A stretch of DNA of 54,975 bases from an uncultured Gammaproteobacteria bacterium (GTDB taxonomy: Bacteria; Pseudomonadota; Gammaproteobacteria; GCA-002705445; GCA-002716945). Made by a program: the position numbers and the translations under genes. Of this stretch, positions 10,178 to 19,343 are shown piece by piece. The DNA is taken from assembly GCA_913045115.1 (NCBI GenBank), contig CAJWPJ010000005.1:1-54975 (forward strand), given 5' to 3'. The notes below the pieces were generated by a model. It did not search any database, was not told the origin of the DNA, and saw only the letters and a list, made by a program, of their open reading frames with translations. The first letter of the stretch is position 1, and the number at the start of each line of letters is the position of its first letter.

Positions 10178-10205
10178 CCTAGCGGGTAAAATAACACCCG
10201 CTAGG
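10178..10205. other. GC-rich intergenic stem-loop between rbr and the Fe-S oxidoreductase gene
   Basis: CCTAGCGGGT-AAAATAAC-ACCCGCTAGG: perfect 10-bp stem, 8-nt loop, no U-tract. Confidence 0.75.
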
Positions 10206-10214
10206 TAAGTCTGT

Positions 10215-10634
10215 TTATGAGATTGATTCTAATGCCTTTGTAAAGCGATTAGCATGTGATCTCTCTGCTTTTGCTAGAGTCTCAAACCAATCAGCAATTT
10301 CATCATGACCTTCATCTCTTGCAGTTTTTGCCATACCTGGATACATATCTGTATACTCATGTGTCTCACCAGCTATTGCAGCTTTCAAGTTAGAGACACT
10401 GTCACCGATAGGCTCACCTGTAGCAGGATCTCCGCATTCTTTTTCAAGATACTCTAAATGGCCATGTGCATGTCCAGTTTCACCTTCAGCAGTTGAGCGA
10501 AAAACAGTAGCAATGTCATTTTGACCCTCTACATCAGCTTTAGCAGCGAAATATAGATACCTTCTATTTGCTTGGGATTCACCAGCAAAAGCATCTTTTA
10601 GGTTTTGTTCAGTCTTAGAACCTTTTAAACTCAT
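10215..10634 (-). CDS. rbr: Rubrerythrin, short form without rubredoxin domain
   Basis: AFAGESQANRRY, ETGHAHGH, GETHEYTDMYP and ERSH di-iron ligands. ATG at 10634 with GGAG at 10641-10644. Confidence 0.93.
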   Translation of the reverse strand: MSLKGSKTEQNLKDAFAGESQANRRYLYFAAKADVEGQNDIATVFRSTAEGETGHAHGHLEYLEKECGDPATGEPIGDSVSNLKAAIAGETHEYTDMYPGMAKTARDEGHDEIADWFETLAKAERSHANRFTKALESIS

Positions 10635-10654
10635 TATATTCTCCAAAATGATTA

Positions 10655-10671
10655 TTTAGAATGATTCTAAA
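10655..10671. promoter_or_regulatory. Iron control element (Irr box)
   Basis: TTTAGAA-TGA-TTCTAAA, a perfect match to the ICE consensus TTTAGAA-N3-TTCTAAA, 20 bp upstream of the rbr ATG. Confidence 0.8.
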
Positions 10672-10692
10672 TTTATAGAATATATATGTCAA
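10664..10692 (-). promoter_or_regulatory. Sigma70 promoter of the rbr operon
   Basis: TTGACA (10692-10687), 17 bp spacer, TAGAAT (10669-10664); the -10 lies inside the ICE. Confidence 0.75.
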
Positions 10693-10718
10693 ATAATTTC
10701 TGCTATGATATGCAAGAT

Positions 10719-10737
10719 GATAATGATTCTTGTTATC
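10719..10737. promoter_or_regulatory. Fur-box-like site
   Basis: GATAATGATTCTTGTTATC matches GATAATGATAATCATTATC at 15 of 19 positions. Confidence 0.4.
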
Positions 10738-10751
10738 TTTGAGATGAGATT

Positions 10752-11765
10752 TTGAATAGATTAATATTTGAGCTATATAAAAAAATAGCATTTAAGATAG
10801 ATCCAGAAAAAGTACATGATGTCTCACTTGTTCTTCTCGAGACTGTTTATAAAAGTTATTTAGGAAAACTTTTTCATAAAAAAATAATCAAAAAAAGTAC
10901 TAAAGAATTCAACATTGACTTTGATAACCCTATTGGCCTTGCTGCAGGATTTGATAAAAATGCAGATTATCTTAATTTCACTTCCAATATAGGCTTCGGG
11001 TTCATAGAGGTAGGAACCTTAACCCCTAAAGCACAATCAGGCAATCCAAAACCAAGAATATTTAGACTGGTAGATGACAAGGCTATAATCAATCACCTAG
11101 GATTTAATAATAAAGGGATAGATTATGCAATCTCTCGTATAAGAAAATTTAATAGAAACATCCCTATAGGAATAAACATAGGTAAAAATGCTAGTACAGA
11201 TGTAAAAGATGCATTCAGAGATTATGAGTATTGTTTAAGAAAAGCTTACTCTATAGCTGATTATATTACGCTAAATATTTCATCGCCAAATACAAAGAAT
11301 TTAAGAGATTTACAAAAAGGTGAAAAAATAAATAATTTTCTTCACTCAATTAAGTCACTCCATGATAACTTGAAAAAAGTTTACAAAAAGCATACTCCAT
11401 TAGTAATCAAAATTGCACCTGATATAACGAATGAAATGATCTTTGAACTATCAAAACTACTGGATGAATATGAAATTGATGGAATAATTTGTACGAATAC
11501 AACGATTGATAAATCCAGCCTAGATGATCAATACAAAGATATCCAGGGAGGATTGAGTGGTAAGCCACTAATAGAAAAATCAAACGCTGTGCTCGGTGAA
11601 TTTTCAAAGGTTGTCAATAAAGATAAAACTATTATAGGTGTTGGAGGGGTAGATTCTTGGGAAACTGCTAACAAGAAATTTAAAATGGGTGCGAATTTAC
11701 TTCAGCTCTACACTGGTTTGGTCTATAAAGGTCCTGGTGTGATTGAGGAGATACTTCGAGGCTAA
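10752..11765 (+). CDS. pyrD: Dihydroorotate dehydrogenase (quinone), class 2
   Basis: NPIGLAAGFDKN, GNPKPRIFRL, NISSPNT, VIKIAPD, GGLSG motifs. Confidence 0.96.
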   Translation: MNRLIFELYKKIAFKIDPEKVHDVSLVLLETVYKSYLGKLFHKKIIKKSTKEFNIDFDNPIGLAAGFDKNADYLNFTSNIGFGFIEVGTLTPKAQSGNPKPRIFRLVDDKAIINHLGFNNKGIDYAISRIRKFNRNIPIGINIGKNASTDVKDAFRDYEYCLRKAYSIADYITLNISSPNTKNLRDLQKGEKINNFLHSIKSLHDNLKKVYKKHTPLVIKIAPDITNEMIFELSKLLDEYEIDGIICTNTTIDKSSLDDQYKDIQGGLSGKPLIEKSNAVLGEFSKVVNKDKTIIGVGGVDSWETANKKFKMGANLLQLYTGLVYKGPGVIEEILRG

Positions 11766-11767
11766 TA

Positions 11768-12058
11768 TTACTCAGGTTTCCAGACGCCATAAGCATCTTC
11801 TGTGGTTTGAGTTGTATCTTGGTTATCTTGACTGAGGGCACTAGATTGTTGATCATAAACATATTGAGTGAATTCAATTAATTGTTTCAATATATCGTCT
11901 TTATCTTTTTTGGGAATTTCAGCAGTAGCCACAATAGATCCAACAACGGCTGATAAGTACTGAGATGCTAAGATTGGATCCTCGTTTTTTGGCTCATAAT
12001 CTACTAGAACTTTTTGCAAGCCTTTTAATAATTCCGGTTTTAATACAATTTCGGTCAT
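11768..12058 (-). CDS. Hypothetical protein, 96 aa
   Basis: Fills the gap between pyrD and the MBL gene; helical-looking core, polar linker, AYGVWKPE terminus. No function recognised. Confidence 0.75.
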   Translation of the reverse strand: MTEIVLKPELLKGLQKVLVDYEPKNEDPILASQYLSAVVGSIVATAEIPKKDKDDILKQLIEFTQYVYDQQSSALSQDNQDTTQTTEDAYGVWKPE

Positions 12059-12093
12059 AATATTTCAAACAAGTTATATTATAATATGAGCGT

Positions 12094-12798
12094 ATGCAAG
12101 ATAAATCTACACTATCAGTTAAAACATTTGACGCTGGGCCAATGCTAAACATTATTTACCTTATCTGGGACAAGATAACCAAGCATGCTGCTATAGTTGA
12201 TCCTGCATGGGACTTAACGGAAATACTGACATTCATCGATAATAATCAATTGAAGCTAAACAAAATACTTCTTACTCATAGTCATCATGACCATGTTAAT
12301 TCGATAGATGTTTTACTCAAAGACCATGACATTCCTATTTATATAAATAAATTCGAAGCTAATTTCTGGAAAAAAAAGTATGATAATTTGATTATTACTA
12401 GTTCAAATGAGAGTTTCACTCTAGGGAAATCATCTATATCATCAATTCATACACCTGGACATACTCCTGGGTCATGTTGCTACTCGTTCGATGAAAATCT
12501 GATTGCAGGTGATACATTATTTGTTTTTGGCTGCGGAAGATGTGACCTCCATGGAGGAAATCCTGAAGAAATGTACAATTCATTGAAAAGTCTCAGGGAT
12601 CATTTTAGTAAAGATACAATCATAATGCCGGGGCATAATTATTCTATTAAGAGACAATCCACTATTAAAGAGGAGATAGAGGGTAATCCATTTTTTAGTT
12701 TTAATAACCTAAAGGATTTTATAAGCTATAGAATGCATGATCATGACAAAACGAGAGAAGAGCCATATGGTCCAATTACCTTGGGCTCGACGATTTAA
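12094..12798 (+). CDS. MBL-fold metallo-hydrolase (glyoxalase II-like)
   Basis: THSHHDH, HTPGHTPG, GDTLF..GCGR, PGHNY motifs. Confidence 0.9.
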   Translation: MQDKSTLSVKTFDAGPMLNIIYLIWDKITKHAAIVDPAWDLTEILTFIDNNQLKLNKILLTHSHHDHVNSIDVLLKDHDIPIYINKFEANFWKKKYDNLIITSSNESFTLGKSSISSIHTPGHTPGSCCYSFDENLIAGDTLFVFGCGRCDLHGGNPEEMYNSLKSLRDHFSKDTIIMPGHNYSIKRQSTIKEEIEGNPFFSFNNLKDFISYRMHDHDKTREEPYGPITLGSTI

Positions 12799-13273
12799 TC
12801 TTAGATCTTATTTTATGTATAAGCTTTCTTACCAAGACCCTGTCAATAGCATTATTAGCAATTAACTCCTGCTCTTTTGTTCCTTGCATTTGGGATTCAT
12901 TAAAGTCATATGAGGCAGAAGCATTTATCGTATTTTTTATTTTAACATTTTCAGATAACAAAAGTTCATAATCCAAAGATTTACTTATTTCATATTCATC
13001 GACCCTTCCAGATGAGTTTACAGAGAGTTGTCTTTTTTTACCTGATATGCTCATTATCTTAATAATTGGATAGGTATCAAGGTCCGAGTCTTGTGCTAAA
13101 ACTGAAGACCCTAGTCTATTTACAAGTAATTTAGATATTGATGTATATCCATTAGAAACAACTCTAATTTCGCCTAGACTATCCAAGTCTGCTGAACCTC
13201 TGAGTTGATAACCGCATGATATTAATATAGAAGATATTATAAGTACACTGAAAATTGACTTGATAGATTTCAT
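12776..13273 (-). CDS. lptE: LPS assembly lipoprotein LptE
   Basis: Lipobox LISCGYQLRG, LSVNSSGRVDEYEI; directly downstream of leuS. Confidence 0.88.
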   Translation of the reverse strand: MKSIKSIFSVLIISSILISCGYQLRGSADLDSLGEIRVVSNGYTSISKLLVNRLGSSVLAQDSDLDTYPIIKIMSISGKKRQLSVNSSGRVDEYEISKSLDYELLLSENVKIKNTINASASYDFNESQMQGTKEQELIANNAIDRVLVRKLIHKIRSKIKSSSPR

Positions 13274-15687
13274 TTAATTACGAAGTTTATTAGTTTATCT
13301 TTTATATAAATAGTCTTTAATATATTCGAACCGACAAGATACTCTCTAGATTTTGGATCTTTTTGTATAATTTTCAAAATCTCATCCTCTTGAAGACCTA
13401 CCTGTGTAATTATTTTACTTCTTAGTTTACCATTGATTTGAACTATTATTTGAACTTCTTTGTTATCATCGATACCATCAATTTTTTCTGGCCATTGGGG
13501 ATTAGTGGCTTCCTCTGCTTCAAATACGGATAAAATCGTAAAGCATATATGAGGAGTAATAGGATAGAGTAGCTTAGCTATAGTGCATGTGCATACTCGC
13601 GCATGTTTTTGAGATATTGACTTTTCATCGACCGATTTTGAGAGACTATTAAAAAACTCCATTATGGCTGCAATGGCTGTATTGTATGATTTTCTCTCAA
13701 AAATATCTGCTGTGACCTTGTCTATTGTTTCATTATGTTTGATTAATATTTTGTTATTTTCATCACCCGAAATACTATATGAATCGTTTATTAAGTAAGA
13801 AAGCTTCCATAATCTCTTCAAAAATTTATACCCTCCCTCGATTGCAGAATCTGACCACTCTAGATTTTGCTCAGGTGGAGCAGCAAATAATATAAATAGC
13901 CTGATTGTATCAGCCCCATATTTATTTATCATTTCATCAGGATCGACAGTATTACCCTTTGACTTTGACATTTTCGCTCCATCCTTCAAGACCATGCCTT
14001 GTGAAAGTAAGGATTTAAATGGTTCGTCATTATCCACTAAACCCTCGTCTCTTATTAGCTTGTAGAAGAATCTTGCATATAGAAGATGAAGAATTGCATG
14101 TTCAATGCCTCCGATGTACTGATCAACAGGTAGCCATGATTTATACTTTTCGTTGAACATCTCATTCTTATTATGTGGATCTAGGAATCTTAAGTAATAC
14201 CATGAGGACTCAAAAAAAGTATCGAATGTATCTGTTTCTCTAGTTGCGTTTTTGCCGGTAATGGGGCAAGTGAAATTTTTCCACTTATCATTTTTATTCA
14301 GAGGGTTTCCCTCTCCATCTAAATTTACATTTTTTGGTAGCCTAACAGGAAGTTGCTCTTCTGGAATAGGGTGTACGGTACCATCATCATGATAATAAAC
14401 GGGAATGGGACATCCCCAATATCTTTGTCTGGATATCCCCCAATCTCTTAACCTATATGTTGTAACCTCTTTCCCAAGTTTATTTTTATCAAAATGCATT
14501 GTTATTTTTTCCTTAGCAACATCTGAATGAATTCCATTGAACTGTTGAGAATTCATAAGCATCCCGTCTTCAAGAAATGGAAGATTAGTAGAACTCTCCT
14601 TATCATCAATTACTTTGATGATTTTAAGGTTAAACTTTTTTGCGAAGTCATAATCACGCACATCATGTGCAGGGACGCCCATTACAACTCCCGTACCATA
14701 ATTGTCTAGTACATAATTAGCGACCCATATCGGGATTTTTTCTTCAGTAATAGGATGTAAACAGTACTTCCCAGTAAAAATTCCATCTTTTTCAATTTTA
14801 GCAGATGACTCCTCTGATAGTTTTTGTTTTTTATACTTAGATATAAACGAATGGATATCCTTATTGCTTTTTGAAGATTGAATTGCTAGTTCGTGATTTA
14901 TACTAACTGCAATATAGGTAACTCCAAAAATCGTATCTGGTCTTGTGGTGAATGCTGTGAAAATTTTGTCATCATGCTCAGACTTAAAATTGATATTTAG
15001 CCCCTTAGATTTTCCTATCCAATTCTTCTGCATTAGTTTAACTGATTCAGGCCAGCCTTCCAGCTTGTCAATATCTTTAAGTAACTCATCAGCAAAGGCA
15101 GTTATCTTTAAAAACCACTGTGGTATTTTTTTTCGTTCAACTGGAGCACCTGACCTCCAACCTTTGCCATCAATTACTTGCTCGTTAGCAAGAACTGTTT
15201 GATCAATAGGATCCCAATTAACCTCAGAAAGTTTCCTATAAACTAATCCCTTTTTTAGAAGTTTCAAAAAGAACCACTGTTCCCACTTAAAATAATCTGG
15301 ATCTGCTGTGGATAATTCATTCTCCCAATCATATAAAATTCCAATATTTTTAAGTTGAGACTTCATATTAGAAATATTAGACTTTGTCCATTCTTCTGGA
15401 TGGACCTTGTTCTTAATAGCTGCATTCTCCGCCGGCAGCCCAAATGAATCCCACCCCATTGGTTGAAAGACATTCTTGCCTAGCATAATATTTGATCTTG
15501 TTATCACATCACCAATGGTATAGTTTCTAACATGTCCCATGTGCAACTTACCGCTTGGATAAGGAAACATACTAAGAACATAATATTTGTTTTCACTGGA
15601 AGATAACTTATCTTTCGTATCATGCTTCTGGTACCAAATATTTTGAGCTACTTTCTCAATTTCTTTAGGATGATAATCTTTATTCAT
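13270..15687 (-). CDS. leuS: Leucyl-tRNA synthetase
   Basis: MFPYPSGKLHMGH, FTTRPDT, GGIEHAILHLLY, KMSKS. Confidence 0.98.
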   Translation of the reverse strand: MNKDYHPKEIEKVAQNIWYQKHDTKDKLSSSENKYYVLSMFPYPSGKLHMGHVRNYTIGDVITRSNIMLGKNVFQPMGWDSFGLPAENAAIKNKVHPEEWTKSNISNMKSQLKNIGILYDWENELSTADPDYFKWEQWFFLKLLKKGLVYRKLSEVNWDPIDQTVLANEQVIDGKGWRSGAPVERKKIPQWFLKITAFADELLKDIDKLEGWPESVKLMQKNWIGKSKGLNINFKSEHDDKIFTAFTTRPDTIFGVTYIAVSINHELAIQSSKSNKDIHSFISKYKKQKLSEESSAKIEKDGIFTGKYCLHPITEEKIPIWVANYVLDNYGTGVVMGVPAHDVRDYDFAKKFNLKIIKVIDDKESSTNLPFLEDGMLMNSQQFNGIHSDVAKEKITMHFDKNKLGKEVTTYRLRDWGISRQRYWGCPIPVYYHDDGTVHPIPEEQLPVRLPKNVNLDGEGNPLNKNDKWKNFTCPITGKNATRETDTFDTFFESSWYYLRFLDPHNKNEMFNEKYKSWLPVDQYIGGIEHAILHLLYARFFYKLIRDEGLVDNDEPFKSLLSQGMVLKDGAKMSKSKGNTVDPDEMINKYGADTIRLFILFAAPPEQNLEWSDSAIEGGYKFLKRLWKLSYLINDSYSISGDENNKILIKHNETIDKVTADIFERKSYNTAIAAIMEFFNSLSKSVDEKSISQKHARVCTCTIAKLLYPITPHICFTILSVFEAEEATNPQWPEKIDGIDDNKEVQIIVQINGKLRSKIITQVGLQEDEILKIIQKDPKSREYLVGSNILKTIYIKDKLINFVIK

Positions 15688-17131
15688 GATATTTCGTTGC
15701 TATGTTAAAACTTTTGATCAGTAGTGACAAAAATATTAACATCAAAATTGATAGATCGCCATATTGAGAATAAAAAGATCTTGTCATTGTTGTGGGTATT
15801 TGACCCTTAAGTATTCCTTCGACATTATTTTCAAGCATATCTATTACCTGACCCTGATTATTTATAACAGCACTTATCCCGGTGTTAGTTGCTCTGAGAA
15901 TATATCTGTTAAATTCTAAAGCTCTGATTTGTGTTATCTGTAGATGCTGATGTGGCGCTAGTGTTTTTCCAAACCATCCGTCATTACTAATATTTATTAT
16001 AATTTCGTTGTCAGTAGATGATTTAATAAGATTTGGGAAATTGCTCTCAAAACATATCATTGGAATTAAATTGATATTACCAAATGAAATCTGATCTATC
16101 TCTTTTGAGCCATGCGAGAGATTGGATAGAGGGATGTTAAGGTTTTCAGATAAATTCACTAGAGTGTTATACCATGGTGTATACTCACCAAAAGGGACAA
16201 GTTTCCTTTTACTGTAAGTTTTAGTGTCATCAGAAAAAAATATCATACTGTTATAGTATTGATTATTTTTAAAGGAAAATAATCCACTTATTAATAAATT
16301 ACTTTTATTCGTTGATGACTGAAAATACTTATAAAGCGGGTTATTTTTATCATATGGCGAAGATATGATAGTTTCTGGGAAGATTACAAGATCACTAGAC
16401 TGATTGTCGATAAGGATATTATTATATTTTTCCATTAATGGGGAATGCCTATTGCTATCATATGAATCATCTGGATAAATATTGGGTTGATATAATACAA
16501 AGCTAACATAATTAGTCTGCAATGGAGTCAGAAAATTATGGTCTTTATTAGTAAGGGAATACATTAGTAAACCTACAATTGATAAAGATATATAAAATTT
16601 TCTACTGTGAACAATAGCCATATAGAATGATAAAGAAACCAGAACTACTAAGTAACTTACAGCAAGACTACCAAAAAATGGATATACAAAATCAAATGCT
16701 GTTGAATTTTGAGTATGCCCAATTAAAAGCCATGGAAAACCTCCAAATACCACTGATTTTAAATACTCTGCTACAACAAATAGGGAGGCAATAAAACACA
16801 AATTGATGAAACCATTTTTAGATGCAGATTGATGCAGTCCAACTAGTGCATATGGGAGGCTTATAATTATCGCAACAATAAAAGTAATAACATAACTCAA
16901 AAGATATCCTAGTGAGCTATAGTTAATTAAAGAATGACTTATCCAAGATACACCAATAAGATGAAACCCAACAGAAAAATAAAGCATTGCCCTCACTTTG
17001 TCTCTTACTGAGAGATCATCTAAAACGTAAAATAAAAGTAGTAAGGAAAAAAATATAGAGAATTTATAATCAAATGGGGAAAATGATAAGACATATAAGA
17101 TAGAGGATATTGATAGATAAAGTAGCTTCAA
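15680..17131 (-). CDS. lnt: Apolipoprotein N-acyltransferase
   Basis: GGFPWL, IFPE, KRKLVPFGEY, ICFE, ISNDGWFG, RATNTGIS motifs. Confidence 0.95.
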   Translation of the reverse strand: MKLLYLSISSILYVLSFSPFDYKFSIFFSLLLLFYVLDDLSVRDKVRAMLYFSVGFHLIGVSWISHSLINYSSLGYLLSYVITFIVAIIISLPYALVGLHQSASKNGFINLCFIASLFVVAEYLKSVVFGGFPWLLIGHTQNSTAFDFVYPFFGSLAVSYLVVLVSLSFYMAIVHSRKFYISLSIVGLLMYSLTNKDHNFLTPLQTNYVSFVLYQPNIYPDDSYDSNRHSPLMEKYNNILIDNQSSDLVIFPETIISSPYDKNNPLYKYFQSSTNKSNLLISGLFSFKNNQYYNSMIFFSDDTKTYSKRKLVPFGEYTPWYNTLVNLSENLNIPLSNLSHGSKEIDQISFGNINLIPMICFESNFPNLIKSSTDNEIIINISNDGWFGKTLAPHQHLQITQIRALEFNRYILRATNTGISAVINNQGQVIDMLENNVEGILKGQIPTTMTRSFYSQYGDLSILMLIFLSLLIKSFNIATKYHE

Positions 17132-17964
17132 CTGTTTTTTTGTTCTTTTTTGATAGTCAGCTGGACCCTACTTATTTTTTTTGAGTCTGCTGAGAGTACA
17201 GTAAACAATAAACCGTTAATTTCAAATGTTTCTTGTTTTTTTGGAACTTTCTCAAACTTATTTACAATAAACCCTCCAATTGTCTCAATATCTTCATCTA
17301 TAAGTTTACAATTAAAATTTTTATTAAATTCATCTAGCGGAAGAAGCGCGTCAATTATATACTTATTATTTGCCTGCTGAATAATTAACTCTTTACTTGA
17401 GATATCATGTTCATCATCAATCTCACCAATAATTTCTTCTATAAGATCTTCAAGAGTTATTAGTCCCGATATATTGCTATGTTCGTCTATTACAATAGCA
17501 ATATGATTACGGCTTGCTTTAAATTCGTTTAAGAGAATATTTAATCTCTTACTCTCAGGAATAAATTTTGCCGGTCGTATATAGTCATGTAAATCAAAAT
17601 CATCAGAAGTAACAATTTGATTCTTAAGCAAATCCTTCGCGTGAAGTATCCCCAATATCTCATCAGGCTTATCATGAATTACCGGAAAGCGTGAGTGTCC
17701 AGACTCAATTACTTTATTAACTACAGCATTAAGTTCCTCATTAACATTAATAGTAATCATGTGTGGGCGCGGTATCATAATTTCTCTGACTGGTATTTCA
17801 GATACACTAAAAACACCCAAAATCATCTGAAATATATCTTGAGTTATCAAATTATTTTTGGCTGCAGTATCTAAGAGCGATATTAAATCGTCTTTGTCTT
17901 TTGGTGCATCGCCTAATAAGTCTTTTATCTTATCAAGCCAATTATTATCTTTAATTTCTGACAT
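17128..17964 (-). CDS. corC: CBS-domain protein CorC/YbeX
   Basis: VREIMIPR, SGHSRFPV, TLEDLIEEIIGEIDDEHD, ETIGG. ATG at 17964 preferred. Confidence 0.93.
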   Translation of the reverse strand: MSEIKDNNWLDKIKDLLGDAPKDKDDLISLLDTAAKNNLITQDIFQMILGVFSVSEIPVREIMIPRPHMITINVNEELNAVVNKVIESGHSRFPVIHDKPDEILGILHAKDLLKNQIVTSDDFDLHDYIRPAKFIPESKRLNILLNEFKASRNHIAIVIDEHSNISGLITLEDLIEEIIGEIDDEHDISSKELIIQQANNKYIIDALLPLDEFNKNFNCKLIDEDIETIGGFIVNKFEKVPKKQETFEINGLLFTVLSADSKKISRVQLTIKKEQKNS

Positions 17965-18400
17965 AAGGGTTACCAAAATTCATATTATTCAAAAGTTTAA
18001 CTTCTGTTTTCTCCATGAATGATTGTTCTTTTCTGGTATTATGATTATAACCTTGCAAATGTAACATTGAATGAACTATCATATGCGCCCATCTAAAGTC
18101 AGATGAAAACCCATATTCTTTTGCCTCTTTATTTATAATTTCTGGACACAATATGATATCACCATGAAAGACTTCATTGTCATAAGTGAATGTAAGCACA
18201 TTCGTAGATCTATCTTTTTGTAAGTATCTATTATTTAGAGTTCTCATTCTTTTTTTTCCAACAAAAATAAGATTGACATGATTTATGAACTGCTCTATTG
18301 AACTAAAGTTCACCCATGTCGTAAGGTTATATTTTGATGGAACATATGGTTTTTGTATGAATTTGATGAAGTTAATCTTTATTTTTTTTTCTTTTTTCAT
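17951..18400 (-). CDS. ybeY: rRNA maturation endoribonuclease YbeY
   Basis: KDRSTNVLTF, GDIILC, HSMLHLQGYNH; ybeZ-ybeY-ybeX synteny. Confidence 0.92.
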   Translation of the reverse strand: MKKEKKIKINFIKFIQKPYVPSKYNLTTWVNFSSIEQFINHVNLIFVGKKRMRTLNNRYLQKDRSTNVLTFTYDNEVFHGDIILCPEIINKEAKEYGFSSDFRWAHMIVHSMLHLQGYNHNTRKEQSFMEKTEVKLLNNMNFGNPYVRN

Positions 18401-19343
18401 ATTCTTTTACAATTGATGAAACAATTTTATGTCTCATTACATCTTTTGGATCAAATTCTACTGCATCAATACCTTTAATCTTTAAAATAAATTCTAAACA
18501 GTCCTTTAGTCCAGATTGTGAATCTTTAGGAAGATCTATTTGGCTTACATCGCCAGTTACGACAGTTGTGGAGCCATAACCAATTCTAGTCAGAAACATT
18601 TGCATTTGTGCAATGGTCGTATTTTGAGCCTCATCTAGTATGATAAATGCATCATTTAAAGTTCTACCTCTCATATAGGCAAGCGGTGCAATTTCTATGA
18701 CATTTTTCTCTAGAAGTTTATTTACATTATCAAATCCTAGACATTCATATAATGAATCATAAAGAGGTTGTAAATAAGGATCCACTTTTTCAGCTAGATC
18801 TCCAGGCAAGAATCCAAGTTTTTCTCCAGCTTCAATAGCTGGTCTAACAAGTATTATTTTTTTTACGAGCTGTTTTTCTAGAGCATATACAGCACAGGCT
18901 ACTGCTAGAAATGTTTTTCCTGTTCCTGCTGCGCCTACCCCAAATGTGACTGTATTGTTATGGATTGTTTCAATGAATGATTTTTGATTTTTAGATTTAG
19001 GTTTTATGATTAATTTTTTAAGGTTGATACAATTATTAATATCGTCTACACCATCTGAAATTAATTCTATAGAGTTATTCAAGTACAAATGAAGTTGTTT
19101 TGGTGTGATTTCCTCATTTTCTGATAAAGAATAAATCTTTTCAATGAAATTTGAGGTATTTGCAACATTTGTATTTGCTCCTGATATTTTAAATGAATTT
19201 CCTCTGTTAGATATTTCTACTTCAAAAAAATTTTCTATTTGCCGTATATTCTTATCAAGAAGACCACAAAGCCTTATTAATCTCTCATTATCAACAGGCT
19301 CGAGCTTTATGTGTTGATCAATGTTTTTCTGTGACGATTTCAT
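18372..19343 (-). CDS. ybeZ: PhoH-like ATPase YbeZ
   Basis: GAAGTGKT, RPAIEAGEKLGFLPGD, AYMRGRTL, DEAQN. Confidence 0.95.
   Translation of the reverse strand: MKSSQKNIDQHIKLEPVDNERLIRLCGLLDKNIRQIENFFEVEISNRGNSFKISGANTNVANTSNFIEKIYSLSENEEITPKQLHLYLNNSIELISDGVDDINNCINLKKLIIKPKSKNQKSFIETIHNNTVTFGVGAAGTGKTFLAVACAVYALEKQLVKKIILVRPAIEAGEKLGFLPGDLAEKVDPYLQPLYDSLYECLGFDNVNKLLEKNVIEIAPLAYMRGRTLNDAFIILDEAQNTTIAQMQMFLTRIGYGSTTVVTGDVSQIDLPKDSQSGLKDCLEFILKIKGIDAVEFDPKDVMRHKIVSSIVKEYEKRKKNKD

Noticed and set aside
13955-14000. LeuS lacks the leucine-specific domain before KMSKS
   Set aside because: The short GMVLKDGAKMSKS form is common among bacteria.
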